Positions 8,301 through 17,456 of a stretch of DNA of 64,000 nt are shown here, piece by piece. Position 1 is the stretch's first letter. Every line of letters starts with the position of its first letter. The notes under the pieces are model-generated. The model was not told where the DNA came from, ran no database searches, and was given only the letters and a program-made list of their open reading frames with translations. This stretch comes from Candidatus Gorgyraea atricola. Its GTDB lineage: Bacteria; Omnitrophota; Gorgyraeia; Gorgyraeales; Gorgyraeaceae. A program made the translations under genes and the position numbers. The stretch spans positions 35,172 to 99,171 of the forward strand of contig JAVCCW010000001.1 of the NCBI GenBank assembly GCA_030765235.1, read 5' to 3'.

Positions 8301-10458
8301 AAGCGTCTTCTGCTCTTGGATCATCGAAATTACCTAATGCTTGAGTTGCAGCTTGGCGAACACGGCTTCTTTCATGTTTATCTCCCGATACTTCTATTAG
8401 AAGTCCTATTGCTTTCTCGCTCTGCATTCTGCTTAAACCTTCGGCTGCAGCTTCAAGAATAGCGCTATTTCTAATATTTCTATCCCTTGATCTTAATAGT
8501 CCTATCAAAGTTTTCTCTGCAGATACGCCTCCTATTCTGCCTAAGGCCCTGACAAAAGCCGCTTGACCATCTTTAGCTAATGCATTTTGCAAAGCCTCTA
8601 CTGCTACTTGGTCACCTATCTCTCCTAATATGTAGGCTATTTCTAAACGAACACGAATATCATCACTTGACTTTAACTCCTCTTTTAATAAATTTAAAGC
8701 TGCTTGACCTTGTTCTATTAACAATCCTGATATTGTCCTGACAGCTATTTTATTGCCAGACTCTATTGCCTCTTGCAATTGTTGCATCAAAAGACCTGCC
8801 GTGGCCACATTCTCTCCTGAAGCCAAATAATCTTTGACTGGCTGTAAGGCTTCAGCTAAAATACGCATCTTTTCTTTTCCGACTTCGCCAGCTAAGTCAA
8901 CTTCATTCGGTGTCTTAATCGGCACAAATTGGTCATCCCTGTCTATTACCACAGCAATATAGGGCCAGATTGTTGTAAAATCTCCTGTATAGCGCTCTAA
9001 TTGCAAACCAACATAAATATATTCAGTTGCGCCTATTGTCTCCTCGGTTTCTTTAACATCTATATATACTGGGATATCAACAGCATTGACTATTTCTGTT
9101 AATTCTTCAAAGCTTAATTTCTTATCATACTCATCAGAAAGTTTAAACTGATTAAATAAGCCGTCTACTGAAAGAAGAAACATCCCTGTATTAAAATATG
9201 GGTAAAGCCTCGACACTTCTTCTTTGCTCATTTTATCTACCGATTCACTTGCCTCTTTAGTAAAAGCTGGTTTTTCTACGATCTGTGTTGTCTTTCTGCC
9301 ATCTAGATATGTTATATCAGCATACAAACCGCCTTTTTCTCCTCTATTATCTCCTAACAGCGTCATAAAAACTGGCTCAGGTCTATTTTCTTTTTTGGCC
9401 TTAATGATTTCTTCCTCAAATAAGCCTTTTAATTCATCACTTACCTTACCCGCAGGATTGTTCATATGAGAATAAAAGATAAATTTGGTCTCATTTCTTT
9501 TTAATTCAGCCAATACATTGCTTAGGACAATCCACTTGATAAAATCCCAATGTCCAGCAGGATTAAAAACTAAATTGCCTTTCTGTGTCCTTAAAGGGTC
9601 TCCTGCCTTACCCATTTGAGTAGCAATACCTCTGTCTAATGCTTCTATGGTATTTTGCATATCTGCCCCAGTCATCTTCCCGTCTTTGACAGCTTTTCTT
9701 AATTGTCCTGCTTTTTTCTTTCGATATTCTTTCAGGAATTTATCAGTAGGATTAAGACGGATCTGCATGCCTTGTTTAAACACCTTCACGTTTTCTTTGC
9801 CATAACCAAAGTAATCATTGTCTTTCAATAGTTCTTTTACTGTATCTGCAGTTTGAAAGCTTACCATTATAACTTCGTCTTGCTGTAACTCAGGGTCATT
9901 AGCAGCTCTTTTTAAATCATCCCTGGCTTTAGCTGCTGCAGCAAACTTTAGCTCCAGAAATGAATGAGGATTAGCGTCGAGTCCTGGTATCACAAAACTA
10001 AAAGCGGCATTAAACAATCCTTTTGTCCTGGTAGAAAGGCCTCCTGCAGAAAAAGCAGAAGCACTTTTTATCTTTTTGCCAAGAGCAGTCCATCTAATGA
10101 TATCTTCCGTAGACTGTTTTCCCATAATTATTGCTTCGGAAGAACCCCGCATACTGCCTTTAATAGCATTGTTTTCGTAAGGAGTCATTCCTTGCCTTAT
10201 CTTTTCTTGAAATACCAGATTAATATCCTCTTCGGTCTCGTGATATTTATATTCTTTGAGTAGTTCTTGCTCATCTTGGATAATCTGAAGTTTCTCTAAT
10301 GTTTTTTTCTTGATCGGAATCCTTAAAGCAGTAGATTTATTGCAGGAATGTAATGGATAGGCGGTATTAGTCGAAAGAAATACTCCAACTAGAATAATGG
10401 CTATAACTTTGATGAAAGGAATTTTGATTTTATTTCTATGGCTCATTAGAATTGGCAT
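5380..10458 (-). CDS. giant secreted multidomain protein (1692 aa). It has an N-terminal signal peptide, a sugar-nucleotidyltransferase-like region, HEAT/PBS-lyase repeats and a Rossmann NAD-binding (epimerase-like) region.
   Basis: Signal peptide ...ILVGVFLSTNTAYPL. The HEAT block runs from about IRVRLEIAYILGEIGD to DPLVRKASAIGL. A GxxGxxG-like motif VVIGAAGMIGYEAALQLV is present. The domain calls come from motif inspection only. Confidence 0.75.
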   Translation of the reverse strand: MPILMSHRNKIKIPFIKVIAIILVGVFLSTNTAYPLHSCNKSTALRIPIKKKTLEKLQIIQDEQELLKEYKYHETEEDINLVFQEKIRQGMTPYENNAIKGSMRGSSEAIIMGKQSTEDIIRWTALGKKIKSASAFSAGGLSTRTKGLFNAAFSFVIPGLDANPHSFLELKFAAAAKARDDLKRAANDPELQQDEVIMVSFQTADTVKELLKDNDYFGYGKENVKVFKQGMQIRLNPTDKFLKEYRKKKAGQLRKAVKDGKMTGADMQNTIEALDRGIATQMGKAGDPLRTQKGNLVFNPAGHWDFIKWIVLSNVLAELKRNETKFIFYSHMNNPAGKVSDELKGLFEEEIIKAKKENRPEPVFMTLLGDNRGEKGGLYADITYLDGRKTTQIVEKPAFTKEASESVDKMSKEEVSRLYPYFNTGMFLLSVDGLFNQFKLSDEYDKKLSFEELTEIVNAVDIPVYIDVKETEETIGATEYIYVGLQLERYTGDFTTIWPYIAVVIDRDDQFVPIKTPNEVDLAGEVGKEKMRILAEALQPVKDYLASGENVATAGLLMQQLQEAIESGNKIAVRTISGLLIEQGQAALNLLKEELKSSDDIRVRLEIAYILGEIGDQVAVEALQNALAKDGQAAFVRALGRIGGVSAEKTLIGLLRSRDRNIRNSAILEAAAEGLSRMQSEKAIGLLIEVSGDKHERSRVRQAATQALGNFDDPRAEDALNNTLSNDSDPLVRKASAIGLRVKESINRVTVKGKTLALLTPAKKMKAIGHNRPKKYASFPSDVNNPVGNGVHVLFKNDNEPIKPGTKVVIGAAGMIGYEAALQLVNQDEEVVTVDNLLLGSPANDNIPGVKLLRQDSSSFCRQYRPEDYKKINGIVYLGGYSSEPQFVTRGFPQWLNWTGSPEEIAIKWNKMVDELSGSRKIDKITPEEVMYARINTKAEFGELLRILYNDFSPELALYAGRFPHCVTQEVLTSLYEFKTVMDLAVMYDIRTVFASTSSFCKLFPIGELVSEVPTLDILDKFVEIKDNHLEEKKWITPYEFMKLSMELVAKHYHHEYEADVYASRNFSVYNAGRQELQKGRNANMVAQTIWAIENNQSVPIFIMPGDFGRDVIFVSDLAKGILHILKHAKWEGTPENSAAVFNVGLKKVWGINEMIASIMRALSMGDLEKNIAYRMPTPGFPGTMIGDSSKIQSIGWKFDYPFEKALRHIFFANETEYEADVKKWESEHKPVAINKVQLTEDIGFKEIAAKVYKNGVYVLLLNEDDSLRGLYTDRKKIGLPDIKIYQGQDLYEDKDKPDVCTKNTGKIEEVAWTKWSFDYEQKVVPLRYDAENRSLVFLNGSNEISVGRQLGWVSEEVEQDSNAIERSVSHQIEDLVAKRVLKKAVEGVYLTLDDNVLLIYNQKNDNVELVVAKPHAGVMSDPITNSTIVRGLIKDDSYEGQQLCKLHAGNMDFVIDEEGRPRWIEFPEEIHLAEESTALVALNKDSNKFTVLGRNTTTAISTVLMLGGDTVEQIQERLRSGRDRDRNFLGENDDLKEELIKANIEVIDEQNLSHLKLGRVLVNGIALLDRVVGPGGMLAKPVRFYDRYTHFNFEISHEQSDRIASAFNERPTLSLRGKYRIKNLDTGKEIIFHGLLGENIIRWGFYGGPGAAEHFKIERKDLIELLGYNRTHLVLDFVDNLKTIKVRMGDL

Positions 10459-10461
10459 ATT

Positions 10462-13400
10462 TTATAATTGATCTCTAGTATCAGGAAACCCTGATAATTG
10501 TTCTGTAAATGTACCGCTATCTTTAATAAACAATTCCGAAACGCTTGGAGCAGATAATACCCTAAGAGGGTACCCTTTTATGCACTGCTGCCAGCGAGGA
10601 CTCTTCTTTAACACATCTAAGAGTTTTATTTTTCTCTCATCCCCATCAATAGAAGCCTCACCATCTTCTACTAACTGTGTAGCCTCGATCCTATCTAGTC
10701 CGATAGACATAGACTCTATCCTGCCGATAAGCTCATCTTTGGTGATAGACCTCATGTTAAATAGATCTGCCACACCCTCACCTAATTGACTGTACTCTTT
10801 TATGTCCTTCCATGATAAATCCCATTTGTAATAAGCCCATTCTGTCAATCCCATATGATGACTCATCAGTTGCCGCATTTCTTCATTTTCAAAAATTTCC
10901 TTCAGCGGAGTATTTTCCATCTTGAAAATCTTACCATCAGATAGGTCAATATAAGCAGCTCCAGCATCTTCAAAACCACCAGTGCCTTCTTTTCTGGAAA
11001 CCTTAGCATCTATCAGCAATAACCTGCCATATGTCCCGACCTTGCTTATATGCCCCCCCATAATTAAATCCACATCGCAATCCTTTGCCATCCTCTGGGT
11101 GAGCATTTCGCCACTAAATGAGAAGCTTTTATCTTTTACACCAGTAAACTTATATACCGGATTATCCGACTCACCTTCGTTCAGAAAACTAAAACCAGAG
11201 AAATTCTTTACCTTAAGATAAAGCAGGGCATATTCTCCCATGGCCAAATTTGTATGTGCCCATTGAATAAGCTCTTCGTTATCAATATCTTCCCTTAGTC
11301 TTTCCCACATAAACTGAGCAAACTGCAAGAAGGTAAATCCTTTGATAAGATATTTCTTACCACTCTTGCGGTAATTATCCTTCTGAACTTTTAACTCTTT
11401 TATCTTAGCCCATTTTAAGAATTCCTTGAAATCTATGCGCTCTACTTCATACTCATGAACGCTCTTGTCTTGATCCATTGCCCAGGGCACGGTATGCATA
11501 AGAAGAATCTTTTCAGAGCCGGCCTCGACGATTTTATATAAATCACTTCTAAGCACGTCTTTCACTAATTTCTTGGCTTCAGGGCTCTTTTTAATATTCT
11601 CGGTTATCTCCTGCATAATCCCCTGCCAGTCCTCTGAAAGAATAGCCAAAGGACGATGCTTTTTTATAGCTTCTTTTATCTCATCTATGCTTCTATATTT
11701 ATTTGCATTTTCCTCAGACATCAAAGGCCAAAGATACTCAATGCGAGTTTTAGCAAACTGATAATCATCCGTTTCTGCTATTGAAATCAAATAAATCATT
11801 AATGCTGCTAATTCTGCTTTTGATTTTGGACCTCTCTTACTGATACCTGTAGCTTCATCTATTTTATTCTTCTCTTTTTCTTCTTCTATGCTAATTCCTT
11901 CATAACTTTTTTCAGCCAGGTTTTTGAATTTCTCTATAAGTTTTCGATCGATGCCTAAGTATCCTATCATATTATCCATTGCCTCTTTGCCATAGCGATA
12001 TCCATGCAAAATAGCATGGGTAATATAATCTGGTCTTCCTAAAGCAGCCAGCATAAACCAGAGGTCATGATTGCCAACCAGGATATCGGCCTCTTTCCAC
12101 ATCTCAGGAGCAATCCATGCAGGCCCCCTGTCAACCCAATCTCCAAGTATAGCCATCTTCACCTTACCTTTATATGTATTCTTTAAGGCCTTAAATAAGA
12201 CATTAATGGTTACAGTAGTACCATGCGGATCGCTAACAATAAAATACGTTTCCTTTTCCTGATCTAAATCTTTTACTGCGTCTTTTAAAGGCGTTAACCT
12301 ATCGCTATGAGTCTTTGTTCCTATAGTATATAAATACGCATACTTGGTTTCCGCATTGTATCTAAACAAAGTGATTGTTTTTTCATCTATAGATATGGAA
12401 TCCAGTGGTAAATGTTCAGCTGATGACAGCTGTATCTCCTGATAAGATACCCAGCCTTGTGTCTTGACGACCTTGCTGTATTCATTTGGATCTTTAGTAA
12501 ACAGAAATATCTTTTTTCCCTGCGTACGAGCATACGTAAATGTCCGTGATGTACAATTTTTATCTGAAGGTGGCCAGACCCAAATAATAAAATCGTCTTT
12601 CCCTAACTGCTCCATCATCCATTGCCCTCTTGCCGACCCCGTATCTCTCAAAGATCGTAAACCAATGATTCTATCATCAGGAGTCATTTCAAATTTGACC
12701 CCTTTGGACTCCAGATGTGGCTTTAATTCATGCGCTGTTAGGTTGTCAATGCTCTTTCCCAGCCCAACATGATTTAAATACTCTTGCGCTTCAGCTTTGG
12801 TAATTTTGTTTCTTTCAACATTAGCATAACTCTTTATTGTGTTCCCATCTACCAATCTCCATGGCCTTACATCTCTCTTATCTCTTCCCTGGCCCACCAT
12901 TGTAACTCGATTTCCCTTGCCTCGCTGTACCATTGTGCCTACAACTATCCGATCTATCCCCTGAGGATCTTCTCCGACCAATACCTCAACATTCCCCCTA
13001 TCAGCTAAAAGTTCAGCTACATCCCTTGCAAACTTTTTAGCATCATCATCCAGGTAATCACGGGTACCACCAAAAAGCACCTTTATCTTTAAATCCTTCT
13101 TCGCATCAAGGTATTCTTTAATATAAACTACATCACGCATAAGATGAATATTTTCTATAGGCGCTTTGCCTTTTATGGTTTCCAGATGTTGCTGGATTTC
13201 TGCAAGGGCGGGGATGCTGGGCGTTAGAATAGTTGTCTTGACTGTCTCCGCTTTTGGATGCTGAGGCTCAACATAAGTCACCTTTTCCTCATCAATAGAG
13301 AATATCTTTTTGCCTTCACCCTGTGCGTATTTAAATGTCCTGGATGTGTGTGAATCGCCTGTAGCAAAGAGCCAAACAACAGAGTCATCTTTTTCTTTGA

Positions 13401-15411
13401 GCTGATCTATTGTCCAGCGGCCTCGCATTGACTGTTTATCTCTATAACTTAGGCCACTTGTCATAGAAGATGGAACTAACTCAAAACTGACTCCTTCTGA
13501 CTCTAAGTGTCTTTTTATCTCCCCATAAGAGAGTCCATAAATATCTTTTACGATCCCGATAGCTTTTAAATATTCATTAACTTCACTTTTACTGAGGTCT
13601 CCTCTAGAGATATATCTTTTTAGCATGGTCTCATTGGTAACTCTCCATATCTCATCGTCTTTTACACCTACAATCACAAGACTGGATGGTTTACCTGTTT
13701 TAAAAAATGCTGCTATAGCCAGCCTATCTATGCTTGTAGGATCATCGCCGATAATTAACCGAACATTTTTATTCTGGGCTATAAGATTCGCAAAGACATC
13801 GATAAAAGATTCACCTTTAGTACCTAGATTCCTGCTTCCGCCAAAGAATATAGACGCTTTGCCTTTTATGGTTTCCAGATGTTGCTGGATTTCTGCAAGG
13901 GCGGGGATGCTGGGCGTTATATTTGGATTGGAGGCAAGGGATGTAGAAGGTTTGATATTAATTATATATTGTCCTTCTTTCTCTTCTATCACAAAATCTC
14001 CGTGTGTCTTTTCGATCTCAAGTGCCTTCCTGATATTTTCAACAGTAAGCCAATCTATCTCACTCGAGATTTTTTTTACTATATCTTGCGGCATCTTTTT
14101 TATAATTTTTGGGATTATTTTGTGAACTATCTCTTCTAGTTCTTTGTTGTTTTTCGCTGCCTCAGTCGCTGTAAGCAAAGTATATCTAAAGCTAGAAGCA
14201 CCTGAACATTCTATTCCCAGATCCATAAGCAGCTCCAATTGCTCCATATCTTTTGCTATATCAGATACTTCTGACAGCATAAGGCCGATTATACCTGCGT
14301 CGCCTTTGGTAAATCTTATGCTTAAATTGGGCAGCTGATTACACATATCTTTTAGTTCAGTTGTATTCTGTGCCAGTTTAGCTGCTGCGGAAACACCCCA
14401 TCTTCTAAAGGGATTATCAAGGTCTATATTATTCTTGTCGAATTCTATATTTAACTTAAGTAAATAATCACACATATCTTTTAGTTCAGTTGTATTCTGT
14501 GACACTTTTACTACTACTAGCATGTGAAGCTCTAAAGTATGACCAGGATATATTTTATTTTTAGCGAATTTTCTTGCAAGGCTGCGAATAAGTTTCAATG
14601 CATTCTTTCTTTCGGTGGCAATTGTGAACTTTTCATTTATCGCTTTTTCCACTGTTTTCCACTCCTTAAATATCCACCCAGGTCTTGTGCTAAATACCGC
14701 GCCTTTCTCTTCCAATGCCACAAGTGCAGCTTGGCCTCTAGGATCTTCCACATCCTTAACTATAACCATCAATTCTGGGATAGATTTTTCTTTTCCATAT
14801 AATCCCATAAATTCTTTTACCAGCATAACCTGTTTATATAAATCCTCTTTTTCTGTGACTATGTTTCCTTCTCTATCTTCATTGTATCTATCTAAAATAT
14901 TTTTTGTCTCAACAAAATCAAATATAGGAGCTTCTTTTAAAATTACAGAAACTACTTTATCATCTTGCATATAAGTAATACCTGTTATAGCCTCCTCATT
15001 AAATTCCAGATGAGATTCTATGGAAGAAATTAAAGCAACTATCTTGGTTCCATCCTTTCTTTCTGCTATAGAAGCCTTTCCTTCATCGATCAACTTTTGA
15101 ACTCTATCTTTAGACATTGCTTTTTCAGGATATAGAGAGGCGACTTCTTTAACTGTAGCAAGATAATTTAATGCTTCTTCTGATGTTAGGTATCTTGAAA
15201 GGTCATATTTTCTTAAAAATAACGCTTTTTGGGTCTCTTGTATGCGCTCATCATTCCTGCGACTATCCAGCCTCACCCTAAGATTTTCAGATAAATCATC
15301 AGAAAGCGCGTATGAAGAATTTGCAAGTAGAAAAGTTACGAGGATTATAAAACTTATCGTTTTCCCCATCTTCTTGCCCCCCCTTAATAATACTTTGTTA
15401 AGGTCTAACAT
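10462..15411 (-). CDS. giant secreted multidomain protein (1649 aa). It has a signal peptide, two tandem DprA/SLOG-like Rossmann modules and a PPP-family metallophosphatase domain.
   Basis: Signal peptide ISFIILVTFLLANSSYAL. A duplicated module of about 250 aa (FGGSR...GIDR...) is present. The metallophosphatase motifs GDWVDRGP and GNHD are present. It lies 4 nt upstream of the 5380..10458 gene, suggesting an operon. Confidence 0.75.
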   Translation of the reverse strand: MLDLNKVLLRGGKKMGKTISFIILVTFLLANSSYALSDDLSENLRVRLDSRRNDERIQETQKALFLRKYDLSRYLTSEEALNYLATVKEVASLYPEKAMSKDRVQKLIDEGKASIAERKDGTKIVALISSIESHLEFNEEAITGITYMQDDKVVSVILKEAPIFDFVETKNILDRYNEDREGNIVTEKEDLYKQVMLVKEFMGLYGKEKSIPELMVIVKDVEDPRGQAALVALEEKGAVFSTRPGWIFKEWKTVEKAINEKFTIATERKNALKLIRSLARKFAKNKIYPGHTLELHMLVVVKVSQNTTELKDMCDYLLKLNIEFDKNNIDLDNPFRRWGVSAAAKLAQNTTELKDMCNQLPNLSIRFTKGDAGIIGLMLSEVSDIAKDMEQLELLMDLGIECSGASSFRYTLLTATEAAKNNKELEEIVHKIIPKIIKKMPQDIVKKISSEIDWLTVENIRKALEIEKTHGDFVIEEKEGQYIINIKPSTSLASNPNITPSIPALAEIQQHLETIKGKASIFFGGSRNLGTKGESFIDVFANLIAQNKNVRLIIGDDPTSIDRLAIAAFFKTGKPSSLVIVGVKDDEIWRVTNETMLKRYISRGDLSKSEVNEYLKAIGIVKDIYGLSYGEIKRHLESEGVSFELVPSSMTSGLSYRDKQSMRGRWTIDQLKEKDDSVVWLFATGDSHTSRTFKYAQGEGKKIFSIDEEKVTYVEPQHPKAETVKTTILTPSIPALAEIQQHLETIKGKAPIENIHLMRDVVYIKEYLDAKKDLKIKVLFGGTRDYLDDDAKKFARDVAELLADRGNVEVLVGEDPQGIDRIVVGTMVQRGKGNRVTMVGQGRDKRDVRPWRLVDGNTIKSYANVERNKITKAEAQEYLNHVGLGKSIDNLTAHELKPHLESKGVKFEMTPDDRIIGLRSLRDTGSARGQWMMEQLGKDDFIIWVWPPSDKNCTSRTFTYARTQGKKIFLFTKDPNEYSKVVKTQGWVSYQEIQLSSAEHLPLDSISIDEKTITLFRYNAETKYAYLYTIGTKTHSDRLTPLKDAVKDLDQEKETYFIVSDPHGTTVTINVLFKALKNTYKGKVKMAILGDWVDRGPAWIAPEMWKEADILVGNHDLWFMLAALGRPDYITHAILHGYRYGKEAMDNMIGYLGIDRKLIEKFKNLAEKSYEGISIEEEKEKNKIDEATGISKRGPKSKAELAALMIYLISIAETDDYQFAKTRIEYLWPLMSEENANKYRSIDEIKEAIKKHRPLAILSEDWQGIMQEITENIKKSPEAKKLVKDVLRSDLYKIVEAGSEKILLMHTVPWAMDQDKSVHEYEVERIDFKEFLKWAKIKELKVQKDNYRKSGKKYLIKGFTFLQFAQFMWERLREDIDNEELIQWAHTNLAMGEYALLYLKVKNFSGFSFLNEGESDNPVYKFTGVKDKSFSFSGEMLTQRMAKDCDVDLIMGGHISKVGTYGRLLLIDAKVSRKEGTGGFEDAGAAYIDLSDGKIFKMENTPLKEIFENEEMRQLMSHHMGLTEWAYYKWDLSWKDIKEYSQLGEGVADLFNMRSITKDELIGRIESMSIGLDRIEATQLVEDGEASIDGDERKIKLLDVLKKSPRWQQCIKGYPLRVLSAPSVSELFIKDSGTFTEQLSGFPDTRDQL
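13162..13226. repeat. 65-bp perfect direct repeat, copy 1, inside the giant gene (internal domain duplication)
   Basis: It is identical to 13855-13919 and encodes TPSIPALAEIQQHLETIKGKA. Confidence 0.9.
13855..13919. repeat. 65-bp perfect direct repeat, copy 2
   Basis: identical to 13162-13226. Confidence 0.9.
14341..14372. repeat. 32-bp direct repeat, copy 1, inside the giant gene
   Basis: acacatatcttttagttcagttgtattctgtg, repeated at 14470-14501. It encodes QNTTELKDMC. Confidence 0.85.
14470..14501. repeat. 32-bp direct repeat, copy 2
   Basis: identical to 14341-14372. Confidence 0.85.
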
Positions 15412-15484
15412 AATAGAGTCAAAAAAATAGTCTTGCTTTATTCACAAAAGGCTATATTGGGTTGGTTTTATTCGTTTATAAGTT

Positions 15485-15515
15485 AAGTATACCACGGAAA
15501 ACGGTTTCTTTCAAG
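15485..15515 (-). promoter_or_regulatory. putative extended -10 promoter (TGgTATACT) with a shared upstream motif, for the giant-gene operon
   Basis: The minus strand reads GAAAGAAACCGTTTTCCGTGGTATACT. The same GAAAnCGTTTTCGTGGTATA motif is found at 26545-26568 upstream of the third giant gene. Confidence 0.45.
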
Positions 15516-15556
15516 AAAAATCTTAGAGGTATAGCGTAAGATTGGAAATAGTGCGT

Positions 15557-16780
15557 CTATAGCGTTACCACATCATTCTCGTTATAGAGCGAGAGGAATA
15601 GGAGCATATATTCCTTTAAATGGCGGGTCAGGAGGAAGTTTTGTCTTATGTGCTCGCGGCCGTTCTCGCCAAGTTTCTTAGCATAGTCAGGCGCGTTCAA
15701 GAGCTGTTTTATGGCAAATGCCGCGCCTTCTATAGTGTGGCATAAAAGTCCGCCGTATTTGTGCTTTATCTGTAGAGGTATGCCTCCTACAGCTGATGCA
15801 ACAACTGGCTTACCTTTCCATAAGGCCTCTGAAACAGTAAGAGCAAAACCCTCTCTCAAGGACTTCTGAACAACCACATCTGCGACTCTCTGAAATACAT
15901 TTATCTCATAAGGAATATCTTCGACAAGCAATGCGTGGATATCAGGATCATTTCCTTTTGCCTCAAGGACCTGCTTGTATATCTTATCTGTCTCAGGATC
16001 ATCTGCTGCGCGATTCCCCACCAGAAGAAGCTGGCAATCTACGTATTTCTTTACCAGTTTATACGCCTCTATAACTCCCACAGGATCTTTGAGCGCGTCA
16101 TATCGGGAGATCTGGCACACGATAGGCTTTGCCTGCGGGTCGATCTTGTATTTATTCAATACCGTATCTATTTCCTTCTGTGTGACCTCTCTATTCTTAT
16201 CGCTAAAAGGGTCTATGGATGGTGATATTAAGATCTGTCGCGGTTTCATGGTGTGAGAAAAATGCGCGCTGGAAAATACCGCGGTATCATACTTATTAAA
16301 AAATCCTTCCAGGAAATGCCAGACATTTTTTTCTGGCTTTGAAACATCCACGTGACAACGCCATATCCATTTGCTATTTTTCATCTTAGGCTTTCTCTTG
16401 ATCAATGCTATGGGCTGCGGGTCGTGTATGAACATGATGTCCCCATACAGATTCATCTCTCTTATATTCTGCGCGCTGATATCATTAAAGATATCCCACA
16501 TCTTATTCGTAATCCTGGCTTCTTTTCCATGCAGGGCATTATGCATACTCTTTGTAACATCAAAAAAATCTGGAGAGCCCTTTATTACGTCCCACTGCGC
16601 GCTGACCTTGAGTTCCTGCATAAGAGGCGTGATCTTGGAGAGTATCTCAGCTACACCCCCGCCCATAGCAGTGGAATTGATATGCTGTATGGTCTTGCCC
16701 TTTAGATAGCCGGCAAGCATCCTTAGCTCATCTACAGTGCTTTTCCCAACTACCTCTTCGTATCTTTCAAGCATTGACAT
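15557..16780 (-). CDS. treT: trehalose glycosyltransferring synthase (TreT, GT4 family)
   Basis: Strong colinear similarity to archaeal TreT as recalled: NSTAMGGGVAEIL, WRCHVDVS, HDPQP, QISRYD, QLLLVG, SLREGFALTVSEALWKGKPVVASAVGGIPLQI. Confidence 0.8.
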   Translation of the reverse strand: MSMLERYEEVVGKSTVDELRMLAGYLKGKTIQHINSTAMGGGVAEILSKITPLMQELKVSAQWDVIKGSPDFFDVTKSMHNALHGKEARITNKMWDIFNDISAQNIREMNLYGDIMFIHDPQPIALIKRKPKMKNSKWIWRCHVDVSKPEKNVWHFLEGFFNKYDTAVFSSAHFSHTMKPRQILISPSIDPFSDKNREVTQKEIDTVLNKYKIDPQAKPIVCQISRYDALKDPVGVIEAYKLVKKYVDCQLLLVGNRAADDPETDKIYKQVLEAKGNDPDIHALLVEDIPYEINVFQRVADVVVQKSLREGFALTVSEALWKGKPVVASAVGGIPLQIKHKYGGLLCHTIEGAAFAIKQLLNAPDYAKKLGENGREHIRQNFLLTRHLKEYMLLFLSLYNENDVVTL

Positions 16781-17441
16781 TTTTTAATCTCTCTTCCACT
16801 AGATCTATTATCTTCTTCCTTAAATCTTCCATTGTATATGTATACGGATCCAGGGACTGCAGTTTATACGCAAGTTCCTTCTCTCCTAAAGACGTGCCCA
16901 GCCAGAAAGAAAAATCATTCGTCTCTTTGTCCAGGCGAAGCCTAGCCTCAAACATGTGAAAATATATTGAATTAACCGTGATCTTCTCCAATATCTCCAA
17001 AAAATCCTTGAGGGTCTTTGCCACATATGGCGTGGTTATAATAAAACTGATGCTCTTTATAAAATGAAATCTCTTCTCAGGCGAGGCAAATCTCAGCTTT
17101 ACACTAGGACATCCTTTTATGTGTTCGCTTATGATCCTTACTATCTCGTTCCTCAATAGTCTTATGGTATGGAACTGGATCGTGTCAATACTCGCGACCT
17201 TCTCTGCCAGCACATCTTCATTTAGGGCGCTCGCTATCCAATAGCTAAAATCATTCGGAGGTTCAGGGGAAAGACTTTCGTGCTGCTGCAGGAAATGATG
17301 GGTATGATAGTAAATAGATGAGCCAGGTACCTTTTTAATAAGATCCAAGAGCTCTGTTATATTAGAGGCCTTGAGACTCGTGAGGACTCTTAGATGAAGA
17401 CGCGTAGAAAATCTGAAGCTCTTGTCATTATCTTTGCCCAT
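16767..17441 (-). CDS. hypothetical protein with an internal two-fold domain duplication. It is conserved between otsB and treT.
   Basis: Two homologous halves (...SIYYHTHHF...NDFSYWIASALNE... and ...SIYFHMFEARL...NDFSFWLGTSLGE...). It overlaps both neighbours by about 14-17 nt, consistent with an operon. Confidence 0.55.
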   Translation of the reverse strand: MGKDNDKSFRFSTRLHLRVLTSLKASNITELLDLIKKVPGSSIYYHTHHFLQQHESLSPEPPNDFSYWIASALNEDVLAEKVASIDTIQFHTIRLLRNEIVRIISEHIKGCPSVKLRFASPEKRFHFIKSISFIITTPYVAKTLKDFLEILEKITVNSIYFHMFEARLRLDKETNDFSFWLGTSLGEKELAYKLQSLDPYTYTMEDLRKKIIDLVEERLKNVNA

Positions 17442-17456
17442 ATGAAATGAATTCTA

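Noticed and set aside
13162-13919. Possible CRISPR-like repeat (65-bp identical repeats about 700 bp apart)
   Set aside because: There are only two copies, both in frame within one giant CDS, and they encode a duplicated protein module. This is an internal gene duplication, not a CRISPR array.
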